Source: a virus
Length of the DNA: 64,000 bases
Virus genome (UHGV): UHGV-0179803
Strand: one strand, 5' to 3'
Position 1 is the stretch's first letter; each line of letters begins with the position of its first letter. The position numbers and the translations under genes were made by a program. The notes below the pieces were generated by a model. The model was not told the DNA's origin. It searched no databases and saw nothing but the letters and a program-made list of their open reading frames with translations. Positions 39,638 through 49,278 of this stretch are shown piece by piece.

Positions 39638-41162
39638 AGGTCACAGAGGTTTCTCCCAACTGAGAGGAAATATGGCTAAATATGGTTTAACAGATGCTGG
39701 GTTTATATTGCCCACGCTCAACGACTTGATCGTTGAAACTAAGCAGAGCTTGATCAGGGCGTTTGGGGATGATTTCAACGTCCAGAGTAACTCGGTTGCT
39801 GACAAGCTCACCACAATTTTTAACGAACGTGAATACCAGTTAATCCTCATGATGGCTGCTGTATACGCCTCCCAGACACTGTATGGGGCAGAAGGCATCT
39901 ACCTTGATGAATTACTGGGCAGACAAGGTGTTTATCGTAGAGGGCGTACCAAGGCTTCTGGTCAGTGCCAGTTGACGATTAACAATACTGTCCCCTACAA
40001 CATGATTTACGACACAGAAACTTACAGCATTGATAGTGGTAACTTCAAACTTGCAAGTAATGTACAGGTAGCAGGCAACATAATTGCTCATAAGATAACA
40101 GCACCGGATCTCAGAATTGGTAAATACACATTCCAGATGACCAACCAGGTTGATGGCACTATCTTTACCAAAACCATGATTCTTACTGATAAGGCACTGG
40201 ATTCAACAGACCTTGTTAGTTTCTACGGCGAAATCAAGCAATTTATTGTTGACAACTCCACTCTTTTGAACGAAGATCTGATTCAGGTTGACATGACCAC
40301 AGGTACATTGTGGATCGGCTACGATGCTACCCTTGAGCGTGTGGGTCTGAACAGTAAAGTTGACTTTCGTGTATCTCCGATTGTGGGCGAACGCGCTGTA
40401 GTGATGGAAGTGATTGCTGCTGAAGCAGGTGCTCTGTCGCGTGAAGCAAATACGGTGACTACAATCTCCCCAACACCGAGTGGTTTCATCTCCCTCACTA
40501 ACAGAGAGATGTTTAACGAAGGTACTAATGTGGAGACTGATGCAGAGTATCGTCTAAGAGCTACAGGAACAAACGCTGTAACCTCTAAAGCTACTCGTCC
40601 GGCGATCCTGAGTGCAGTTCAAAATGTGGCAGGTGTAAGTAGGGTAAGGGTATTTGCCAACAATACAGACAAGACCAACAGCCTTGGCATCCCGCCCTAT
40701 AAATTCCAGGTGGTTGTATTTGGTGGTGCCACTGCTGACATTTGCCAGGCTCTGTATGATACGATTGCCTGTACGAACAGAACCTACGGCAACCTGTTCT
40801 ACGATATCAACACCTCAGATGGTCAGGTGGAGAGGATTTACTACTCCAAAGCAAGCACCTATCGTCTGGACATCAGGGTAACATATTCAGGGGCTGCACT
40901 TTCTGCTACTGAAAAAGAATCAATTATAAATGCCATGATGTCAGTTGTTAACGGTCTTGATATTGCAGACACTCTCTACAACATCCAGCTTGTAGGTGCT
41001 GCTTCTGCCGCTGTCAGTATTGGTCGTTTTAACAAACTGAACATTCATGTGAAACCGATTGGTGCTTCAGATGAGGCTTATACAGCTAATGACATTACAG
41101 CCGCTATGTCAGAGGTGTTTGACCTTGATGAAAACAACATCACATTCCAGCAAATCATTTAA
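39609..41162 (+). CDS. tail/baseplate structural protein (hypothetical, 517 aa)
   Basis: ORF track; true start probably the internal ATG at about 39672 after GAGAGGAAAT; position-based. Confidence 0.4.
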   Translation: MTISLFFGKIGHRGFSQLRGNMAKYGLTDAGFILPTLNDLIVETKQSLIRAFGDDFNVQSNSVADKLTTIFNEREYQLILMMAAVYASQTLYGAEGIYLDELLGRQGVYRRGRTKASGQCQLTINNTVPYNMIYDTETYSIDSGNFKLASNVQVAGNIIAHKITAPDLRIGKYTFQMTNQVDGTIFTKTMILTDKALDSTDLVSFYGEIKQFIVDNSTLLNEDLIQVDMTTGTLWIGYDATLERVGLNSKVDFRVSPIVGERAVVMEVIAAEAGALSREANTVTTISPTPSGFISLTNREMFNEGTNVETDAEYRLRATGTNAVTSKATRPAILSAVQNVAGVSRVRVFANNTDKTNSLGIPPYKFQVVVFGGATADICQALYDTIACTNRTYGNLFYDINTSDGQVERIYYSKASTYRLDIRVTYSGAALSATEKESIINAMMSVVNGLDIADTLYNIQLVGAASAAVSIGRFNKLNIHVKPIGASDEAYTANDITAAMSEVFDLDENNITFQQII

Positions 41163-41171
41163 GGTGGAGTT

Positions 41172-41861
41172 ATGGCAGAGAAGAAAATAGATGTTAACCA
41201 CATTCACACTCTGCCAGATTTCGTTGAGGGGGGTCTTGATTACCTCCCCGGCGATTTTCTGAGAGAGAAAGAAGACCTGACAACATTCCTGTCTATCTAC
41301 CTTAAAAGGTTGCAGACTGTTGATGAGATGTTAGTTGCTCTTGCAGAAGGCCGTCTTCTTAACAATGCCAGCGGTAAATATCTTGATGAGATCGGTAATC
41401 AGCTTGGCATAAAAAGAAATGGCTTGCAAGATGCAGATTATCGTGCTACACTTATTATTCAGCAGGCATCTTTGTCCCGTGGTGGTACGCGTGAGGATGT
41501 AATTTCCACACTACAACAACTGTTGGGCAGAAACAATTTTGATACATGGGCTGGAGATAATTTCAGATTTGACATTAACGTCAGAAAAACCTGTTTCGAC
41601 ATTAGTCAGGCAATTGACCAGATCCTTGATATGCTACCACTGCCAACACATCTGAGATTGACAGAATCGCAGGGCAGGGCATTTGGTTTTGCCGGAGATG
41701 ATACTGCTGCGGGTTTCGGATCAATCTGGGACGATGCGCAGTTCGGAGTAGATGGTATTGCTACTCTGACTTATGTACCGGATGAACGACCTGATTGGGG
41801 TTCCACCACTGTTTGGTGTGAAAGTATTGTTGTTGACGCAACTATTGTTACGGAGGCTTAA
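41172..41861 (+). CDS. tail/baseplate structural protein (hypothetical)
   Basis: ORF track; overlapping start with next gene. Confidence 0.35.
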   Translation: MAEKKIDVNHIHTLPDFVEGGLDYLPGDFLREKEDLTTFLSIYLKRLQTVDEMLVALAEGRLLNNASGKYLDEIGNQLGIKRNGLQDADYRATLIIQQASLSRGGTREDVISTLQQLLGRNNFDTWAGDNFRFDINVRKTCFDISQAIDQILDMLPLPTHLRLTESQGRAFGFAGDDTAAGFGSIWDDAQFGVDGIATLTYVPDERPDWGSTTVWCESIVVDATIVTEA

Positions 41862-43939
41862 TGGCAACCGCTGTATTCAAAGCCTACAGGGATTACACCA
41901 CACTACAAGCAGAATTTATGTACAACACACTGGCAGATACAGCTGTGCCAGGGCGTGACTACACTCACGTCGAAGGTAAGGCGATCATTCCGGTGGATTC
42001 TGCCTCTATAGACATTCCTGTTGATATTGTGGATAAAAAACCTAACAGACTGCCTCGTAGCTTCTATATGCAGTTCCATACCCCCTCACAAGGGACGATG
42101 ATTGGGACCAAACAAGCAAAATGCACGATTACCTCCCAAGAAGATTTGAGCAGACTTGAATGGGGAACACAAGAAGAACGGATGTTCCACCCACGTTATT
42201 GGGTAACAAATTGCCAGCCGACTGAAAGTACGTCAATCAAGTCAGACAACTCCACTGTGATTGTCACGATGACTGCACGTACGATGGGGGGTATGTCTGG
42301 AGCAATCTGGGAAACAGTTGACACATACGACCACTTTGGTGTAGGATACGATGATCATTATGAAATGCGTAACACCAAACTGTGGTTCAGGGTCAAATTC
42401 ACCAATGCTCTTGACTTTACAACCCCAGGTCAGGCCACAATTACTGTCACACTTGTTGACGGTTCAATAATTTACGTCCGTATGTCAGACTATGCTTCTA
42501 ACATCTCGGATGATAAAACTACGGCAGATATTCATCTAAACTTTGAGGATTGTCTGGGTGTTGACCAGAATAACTATTTGATGGCAGTTGACCCCCGTCA
42601 GGTTCGTAAGATCCTGATCCCGTTAATGCCTAAGGACTATGTGGCTAACAGTACAGACGTTCGCACGACCAATGTTGACTGTGAACTTCGCATTGACATG
42701 TTGGAGCCGGACACTGGTTGGAAATATATGCAGCTTAATGATTTGACTGTTGAAGGTCACGATTTAAGAGCTTGCACTGCATATGATGATATGTGGAATG
42801 TTTCTCCGGCGCGTGTTCTTTATAACCTTCAGAAACTTGGCTACCGTGGTAGAATCAACCACTATTGCGGAATGAGCCATTATTATAATTACACATGGAG
42901 CAACGCAACCCATAAATGGGAGATCGATAAATCAGGGACTCTGAACAAAGCTGCCAAAGCGTGGCATGAGGATTTTGCTTATAATCTGACTCGCTACGGA
43001 TTCACAGATGCAATGTTCTCTATCAGCATGGAGCTTTACAGCGATGCCTGTCCTCTGGAATGGACCCAACGTGAATGGGACGATAGCTACGCTAAGACAG
43101 GGTATACACCTTGCAGCTACCTGTTATCACCTTGTATCGAAGAAGGTATGACATTCTTATTGAACGTCTTTAAAAACTTCGCTCAGATTTTAAAAACTCA
43201 AAGCCTGCCTGTTATTATGCAGATTGGCGAACCGTGGTGGTGGTACAATACAGACTCCCGCAGACCTTGTATCTATGACTACACCACAAAAGAGATGTTC
43301 TATGATGAAACAGGGGAGTATGCACTTGACATAGGCACTATCGACAACCCATTAACTGGTGGTGTTTATGACAGATACATCGCATTCTGTCGCGACAAAT
43401 TTGGTCAGAGAATTGCAACACTCGCTACTGGCATCAAGGCAGCATTCCCTGGTGCTCAAGTTACAGTTCTTGTCTTCTACCCCACCATTGTTGGTACACT
43501 GATGGAAGAACTTAACCTGCCAGACCAGTACAAGAAAGAGTCAGGAGTACTTGACTTCTTCTGTTCAGAATGCTATGATTGGGTTATGAATGGGGAAATA
43601 GAACATTCATTTGAAGCTATTGAGCACCCTCGCAAAACCTTAGGTTGGAACAGGAACGAAATCCATTACCTCGCAGGGTTTGTACCTGGTAAAGATTTAG
43701 CTCCAGTGTATGGCTATGACCCAGAGAAGAACTATCAGGAATTTTTGTGGAGAGTGATCTGCGGTAACATCTGTACTACTGAGTATCATTACCCAGAGGT
43801 ACAGCAGTACGTATGGGCTTATCCGCAACTTATGAATGATAGTATCACATTCAGTGCGAAAGAGTCAACTGTTGTTCACATGGGGCAGACAGCCCTTAAA
43901 AGCTACACAGAAGATGTGACACCACCAGACCTTTCATAA
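41861..43939 (+). CDS. tail/baseplate structural protein (hypothetical, 692 aa)
   Basis: ORF track; position-based. Confidence 0.4.
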   Translation: MATAVFKAYRDYTTLQAEFMYNTLADTAVPGRDYTHVEGKAIIPVDSASIDIPVDIVDKKPNRLPRSFYMQFHTPSQGTMIGTKQAKCTITSQEDLSRLEWGTQEERMFHPRYWVTNCQPTESTSIKSDNSTVIVTMTARTMGGMSGAIWETVDTYDHFGVGYDDHYEMRNTKLWFRVKFTNALDFTTPGQATITVTLVDGSIIYVRMSDYASNISDDKTTADIHLNFEDCLGVDQNNYLMAVDPRQVRKILIPLMPKDYVANSTDVRTTNVDCELRIDMLEPDTGWKYMQLNDLTVEGHDLRACTAYDDMWNVSPARVLYNLQKLGYRGRINHYCGMSHYYNYTWSNATHKWEIDKSGTLNKAAKAWHEDFAYNLTRYGFTDAMFSISMELYSDACPLEWTQREWDDSYAKTGYTPCSYLLSPCIEEGMTFLLNVFKNFAQILKTQSLPVIMQIGEPWWWYNTDSRRPCIYDYTTKEMFYDETGEYALDIGTIDNPLTGGVYDRYIAFCRDKFGQRIATLATGIKAAFPGAQVTVLVFYPTIVGTLMEELNLPDQYKKESGVLDFFCSECYDWVMNGEIEHSFEAIEHPRKTLGWNRNEIHYLAGFVPGKDLAPVYGYDPEKNYQEFLWRVICGNICTTEYHYPEVQQYVWAYPQLMNDSITFSAKESTVVHMGQTALKSYTEDVTPPDLS

Positions 43940-43952
43940 TCAGGAGAAATAA

Positions 43953-44993
43953 ATGGCTAAACCTAGTTTTCCTCTGGAGATATGGGCAGCGGAGGATCAA
44001 ATCCTCCCCAACTCCCATAAACAGAACAAGATGCGCCCCATTGACGACCTCTGGAGAAAAGGTTGGGATAAAGGGCAGAAACCATCGTGTGAAGAACTGA
44101 ACTATCTCCTGAACATGATGGCTACCTGGGCTAAATACATTTCTGAAGATCAGATCCCGTCTATGGAAGGACGTTATCTTATTAAGGACAACAACCTGAG
44201 TGATCTTCTGAATGTAGAGATTGCCCGTAAAAACCTTGGCATTGTTACCCAGGCTGAGACTGACGCTCGTTACGTTAAGATCACTGGTGACACAATGACA
44301 GGCCCTCTGGGGTTGCAACGTATTAATTTTGCGGCAGCGGAAACAGATGCGGCATGGATAGAAACCACAATCAGCCCAGATAAAACCTTGTTGGACTTCT
44401 GTCTGATGGATAACGTTGGTTCATTTGACGATGGTGGTACTTCCACAGTTGATGCTTTCCGTTGGAGATTCCAGCCTACACAACCAGATATCAACCCAGA
44501 GTTTACACTGATGCACCTGAATGCTATCTCTGTTAACCGTGCACTTCTCAAAGTCATCGGTAACATTGAAGCACAAGATAACGTGCGTTCCAACACAGTC
44601 ACCATCACTGGTACAGCTTCCTTCGGTAACGTCAGCGTATCGAGCCAGTTGACCACAGGTAGCTTCTATGCTAACGGTGGTTCCAACGTTGATAACATGA
44701 CAGTCCGTAGCCAGTATTGTGTGGTTGGTGGTCGCCATGTAGTTCGTTCAGTCAACGGTGTGAACGCAGATGGTAATGGTAACCTGACTATCAGTATCCC
44801 AGCTTCAGGCGTTCAGGATATTCGCTGCGGCGGTATGTTGATCGATGGGGTTTCTGATAACAGGGTACGTCCGGGTTATGTTATGAGAGGATGGGCTAAT
44901 GGTAATAAAAAAGAACTCCGTGGTGCAGGTTACTGGGCAGCTCCGCTACAGAAACTTGTTAACGGACAGTGGATTACCGTTCAGACATTATAA
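43953..44993 (+). CDS. tail fiber / receptor-binding protein, paralog 1
   Basis: N-terminus MAKPSFPLEIWAAED and C-terminus GYVMRGWANGNKKELRGAGYWAAPLQKLVNGQWITVQTL shared with 46032..47096; NLSDLLNVEIARKNLG fiber-type motif. Confidence 0.6.
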   Translation: MAKPSFPLEIWAAEDQILPNSHKQNKMRPIDDLWRKGWDKGQKPSCEELNYLLNMMATWAKYISEDQIPSMEGRYLIKDNNLSDLLNVEIARKNLGIVTQAETDARYVKITGDTMTGPLGLQRINFAAAETDAAWIETTISPDKTLLDFCLMDNVGSFDDGGTSTVDAFRWRFQPTQPDINPEFTLMHLNAISVNRALLKVIGNIEAQDNVRSNTVTITGTASFGNVSVSSQLTTGSFYANGGSNVDNMTVRSQYCVVGGRHVVRSVNGVNADGNGNLTISIPASGVQDIRCGGMLIDGVSDNRVRPGYVMRGWANGNKKELRGAGYWAAPLQKLVNGQWITVQTL

Positions 44994-45009
44994 TTGAGGG
45001 TTATAGATT

Positions 45010-45627
45010 ATGATTAAAATAGCTACAGGTTTTGAGTTGTATGATCCGCAAGAGCCTCGCCCAGAGGTGTTGGCTCTTGATGAAGATCAGCCACAAACCT
45101 TGGAATTAACAGAGCAGGAGATTGAAGATTACGCTCGCTATTCTGCTTACTTCCTTCGCAACGAGCACGGTGACTGGTATGCCCAGACCCGAGAATTACA
45201 GCAGATTGCCCAGGAATCTGGAGTAGAATACCTGTTTGCAGTCATAGAAGCTGATGGTTTACTGAAAATTGTAACCACGGACCCAACAGGTATTTTCCCC
45301 AGCAACGGTCTTCAAGTCCTGCATGGTAAACGAGAGGAGTTCCCGGAAGACATTGAAAACATGATCAATGCCTACCGCTGGAATGGTGAGAAATTTGTTG
45401 TTGATAACAAACCTTACATCGATGCTGCACAACAGGTTGTCGAAGAAGAGTTGCAATGGGCTACAGCAAGGCTTGGAGCTTTCAGCGACATGCTGGACTT
45501 GGATTATATACTCTCTCCTGCACAGGAGCAGTTTGTTAAGGAATTAAAACTTTACAGGATTCATCTACTGGAGATTGATATAAACAAAGCCCCCAACATA
45601 CATATCCCTGATCGCCCAGCCCTCTAA
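45010..45627 (+). CDS. tail fiber assembly chaperone (Tfa-like C-terminal domain)
   Basis: C-terminal LKLYRIHLLEIDINKAPNIHIPDRP resembles the conserved Tfa C-terminal motif (..YRV.L.RVD....PDI.WP..P). Confidence 0.6.
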   Translation: MIKIATGFELYDPQEPRPEVLALDEDQPQTLELTEQEIEDYARYSAYFLRNEHGDWYAQTRELQQIAQESGVEYLFAVIEADGLLKIVTTDPTGIFPSNGLQVLHGKREEFPEDIENMINAYRWNGEKFVVDNKPYIDAAQQVVEEELQWATARLGAFSDMLDLDYILSPAQEQFVKELKLYRIHLLEIDINKAPNIHIPDRPAL

Positions 45628-45636
45628 GGAGGTAAT

Positions 45637-45951
45637 GTGGAACTGGACTTTGGTACGCTTTTTGAGATAATCATGAGCGCTATTGTCCCTATAGGTGTCT
45701 GGATTTTTGGTCAGTGGCACGTAAAATGGAAAGCCGTCTCTAAAAGATTGGATGATTTAGAGAAGGACCTTATTTTGGTGAAAAGCAATATGGTTACGAA
45801 AGACAGACTTGACGCGGTGCTAAATCAGCGTCTTAAAGATATTCAAGATAACCTTGACGAACTAAGGAAAGAGGTCAAAGGTGACGTTAATGGATTGCGT
45901 AGTGATATTCAACAAATTATCCAGATTCTTCTCAGTAACAAGGAGAAATAA
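45637..45951 (+). CDS. membrane-anchored coiled-coil protein (holin or spanin-like candidate)
   Basis: GTG start after AGGAGG; one N-terminal TM segment IIMSAIVPIGVWIFGQW then coiled-coil region. Confidence 0.4.
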   Translation: MELDFGTLFEIIMSAIVPIGVWIFGQWHVKWKAVSKRLDDLEKDLILVKSNMVTKDRLDAVLNQRLKDIQDNLDELRKEVKGDVNGLRSDIQQIIQILLSNKEK

Positions 45952-46031
45952 CCTGCGGCAAGGAAGCCTCTGGTTGCATTTTGAGGAGTTTAGTGCTAAA
46001 ATAATGTCAAGAATTTTAGTCAGGAGAAAAC

Positions 46032-47096
46032 ATGCCAAAACCAACTTATCCGCTTGAGGTGTGGGCATATCAGGATGTGATGCTTGACACCACGCGAGAA
46101 TTAAATAAGGCCCAGCCTAGTAAGGAACAAAGGTTAGCTGGTTGGGACTTCAGTCAGAGAATCGCTGTTGAACATATGAATTTCGAGTTCAATATGATTA
46201 GTAACTGGCTGAAATACTTGAACGAAGAGGTTGTTCCTGGTTGGGATGATCGATTTTTAAAAGTTGCAAATAACCTAGCAGAAATACCGGATAAAGCTGC
46301 TGCAAGACAAAACTTAGGTTGCCTGACAATAGAGGAGATGGATGACCGTTATGTTCACCTAACAGGGGATACCTTGAAAGGTACTATGACTTTAGGGGTT
46401 ACAAGGATTAATTTTAAATCTGCTGATACAGACTCGTGTGCGATTTATTGTTCCACGATTGCAGATACCCCAGGGTATAAAGGTGGGGATAAAACCTATT
46501 TCGATTTTCGTATGGCAGACAACTACGGTACAGATGACATTGAGGCATCTTACTATACAGGCACAGAAGGATTCCGCTACAGATTCCACCCCGCAGGCGG
46601 TAGCTTGTTCACATTGATGAAATTGTGTGCTATCTCTCCAAACCGTGGGAGATTGTCCGTAGTAGGTGACATTATTGCTGCTGATAACTTACGTGCTGGT
46701 TCTATGAATGGTAACACTGTTGATATCTGGAGTACAGCTTCTGTATCAAGTCAGACACTGTGTGGTAACCTCTATACCAACAGTTTTAACTGCGATAGCC
46801 ACACAACCCGTAGTAATTACCATGTTGTAGGTGGAAGACATGTTTGCAGGTCAGTAAACGGTGCCACAGCGGATGGTAACGGCAACTTAACATTAACACT
46901 ACCTCAACCCGCTATCTCTGATGTTCGTTGTGGAGGTATGCTGATAGATGGCACAGGTGATAACCGCGTAAGGGCTGGCTACGTAATGCGTGGTTGGCAG
47001 AATGGTAATAAGAAACAATTGCGTGGCGCTGGCTATTGGGCAGCTCCACTCCAGAAACTGGTAAATGGTCAATGGATCACAGTACAGACATTGTAA
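46032..47096 (+). CDS. tail fiber / receptor-binding protein, paralog 2
   Basis: termini shared with 43953..44993 (MPKPTYPLEVWAYQD ... GYVMRGWQNGNKKQLRGAGYWAAPLQKLVNGQWITVQTL) with a divergent centre. Confidence 0.6.
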   Translation: MPKPTYPLEVWAYQDVMLDTTRELNKAQPSKEQRLAGWDFSQRIAVEHMNFEFNMISNWLKYLNEEVVPGWDDRFLKVANNLAEIPDKAAARQNLGCLTIEEMDDRYVHLTGDTLKGTMTLGVTRINFKSADTDSCAIYCSTIADTPGYKGGDKTYFDFRMADNYGTDDIEASYYTGTEGFRYRFHPAGGSLFTLMKLCAISPNRGRLSVVGDIIAADNLRAGSMNGNTVDIWSTASVSSQTLCGNLYTNSFNCDSHTTRSNYHVVGGRHVCRSVNGATADGNGNLTLTLPQPAISDVRCGGMLIDGTGDNRVRAGYVMRGWQNGNKKQLRGAGYWAAPLQKLVNGQWITVQTL

Positions 47097-47104
47097 AGAA
47101 GGGG

Positions 47105-47475
47105 TGATGTTTAAGAAAACCAAAGCCTTTTTGTGGATGTTGGTCGCAGCACCAGACGATCCCGACAAGGTATCTCAGACCAAGTTGTGGTCCAATATAG
47201 GTATGCTAGCTATGACTATCGTTTTCCTGCACATGGGGTACACTAATACTTTGCAGGAATGGTATGCATGGATCTATGCTCCTTCAGTTGCTTGCCCACA
47301 ACTGATCAGCAAGTTTATTTCACTTCGTTGGGGCTGGAGAAGTCCTTCTTTTGGTGAACGCTACCCAGATGAGGAGTATCCTGGTAGCAGATACTCAGGA
47401 GATTGTAACTACAGGCATTCTGAATGTTCTGACTCCCCCATTGAACCAGAAGATTATAGAGATTCAAGGAGATAA
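47105..47475 (+). CDS. small single-TM protein (hypothetical)
   Basis: ATG after AGAAGGGG; hydrophobic segment IGMLAMTIVFLHMGY; stop abuts the start of the next gene. Confidence 0.35.
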
Positions 47476-49231
47476 CGTGGCTCAAGATATGACAAACTTT
47501 GAGGAGGCCGTGGATCAGGTCATAATTGATTCTGAGCGCCTCCATCTGGTTGTCAATGGTACTGCCGTGGATGAAGTTGTGGTAGAGGATGGGACAACCA
47601 TCCCTACCGTCCGTAAGGCACTACTTGATAACCTGTATTTTAAAACTCCACCAATCCCGTGGGTATATGGTTCTTCCACCACAGTATTTAACCAGATTTA
47701 TGAATACAAAGCGGATGGAAAAATCACATGGTGGTATGCTCCTGGAGCATCTAAATCCACACCAGTGCGCTTGCCAGCAGACCCTTTCACCTCTACCGCG
47801 TGGAGGTTGTATACTGATGCCAACGTGCTTGCTGAATTCTATGCTAAACTGAGTAGCCCACTCTTCCAGGGGGATCCGCGTGTTCCGACACCGCCGATGG
47901 ATGATAAATCTCTGTCCATTGCCAACACCACATTCGTTGTTGACTATGTAGACAGCATTTTTGAAGCTATGGCTGGTATGCAGGTCACAGTTGGTTCCCT
48001 AGTTGTTCGTGGCTTATCAGAATTAGCTAACACTATTATTGACGGTACTTTAACTGTACGTGGTCCTTTAAATGCTTCCGACTTTGCTGGGCGTTTCAAA
48101 GAGTTGACTTTAACAGGTAAAGATTCCGCTATCAATTTTAACTGGACAGACAGGAACCATCCTAACTGGACCTCCACAGCGCTGGATCCTTACAACATCG
48201 AGACTCACCTGTTGACCTCTGATGTGATCCACAATGGTGCTCCGGTAAGTGATAACACCACTGTTCACTTCGATGGTCGCGGTAACAACTTCTTTGACTA
48301 CGTTTATATTCGGGGGAATTCTCAGAAAGATGTTCAGGAACCCACCCTGACGGTTGACGGTGTAACTCAAGTCAAAGATCTGAAAGTAACAGGTAAAGTT
48401 GAAGGTATTGTTCACTCTGTAGATGGTCTGGATATTTACCCGAACTATCTGGAAACAACTAACGATGCCCGTGTCAACGGTGACTTGCAGGTTGGTGGAT
48501 CAGTGGTTATTCAGGGTAATGCAATGGTTCAGGATTTGTCTACCAACACATTCAGATCTAACCAGCAGGCTACTTTTGAGGGTAACGGTATTGTTGCCAA
48601 TAAAGCTGCGATTACGACTTTAACTGGTACAACTGCCACCATTGATACTGGTAACTTCACTAATTGTAATGTGAATCACAACTTGCAGGTAAATGGGGAT
48701 GTAAGCCTGAACGCAGAGGGTAATGGTACGACTTATGTTCATAACATCCAGGTCTCTGGCACACTGACAGGTTGGATGCCGGATTACACAGGTAAAACTC
48801 TCAACTGTGGCGGTGTGAACGCATCAGGTAACATCAGCATCAATGGCGACCTCAGCGTTGGTGGTAGCACTACAATTGGGAAGATCCGTACAACCAAACT
48901 GGAATTCGAATCTGAGGATATCGCTGGCGCTACGGGGACATGGACCCCATCAGGAAATGCTAACATGTACGTTGTTGAAGTTACTGGCGACCTGAACGTA
49001 GCAACATGGCCTGGCGTTACAGCAGCTTCAGAAGAGGATAAACCTTATCCGTTCTCAGTGGTGATTTATTTCCGTCAGGATGCTACAGGGCATCAGGTCA
49101 CATTCAGTGATAAGTATGCAATCTTGTCTGCAACTCCTGTAGTTAACAACAAAGCCAATAGCGTGACCCTTTGTCAACTAACCTACCCTGGCTTCGGCGA
49201 CATTGTGGACGTTATTATTGCACAACGTTAA
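47476..49231 (+). CDS. tail fiber/spike-like protein (beta-rich, 585 aa)
   Basis: GTG start 5 nt after AAGGAG; repetitive N/G/T/V-rich beta-strand-like sequence; the track ORF start at 47351 lacks an RBS. Confidence 0.5.
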
Positions 49232-49237
49232 TTAATT

Positions 49238-49268
49238 AGCCTCTCCTGCGGGAGAGGCTTTACTGTTT
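49238..49268 (+). terminator. hairpin (attenuator/terminator-like)
   Basis: AGCCTCTCCTGCGGGAGAGGCT followed by TTACTGTTT; weak T-tract. Confidence 0.35.
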
Positions 49269-49278
49269 GGAGAACACA

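Noticed and set aside
47351-47475. ATG start at 47351 for the third fiber gene as given in the ORF track
   Set aside because: It would overlap the upstream small TM gene by 125 nt in another frame and has no RBS; a GTG at 47476 sits 5 nt after AAGGAG and right after the upstream stop.
49267-49278. TTG start at 49267 for the giant gene as given in the ORF track
   Set aside because: The GGAG ribosome-binding site lies inside that extension; the ATG at 49279 has the proper spacing.
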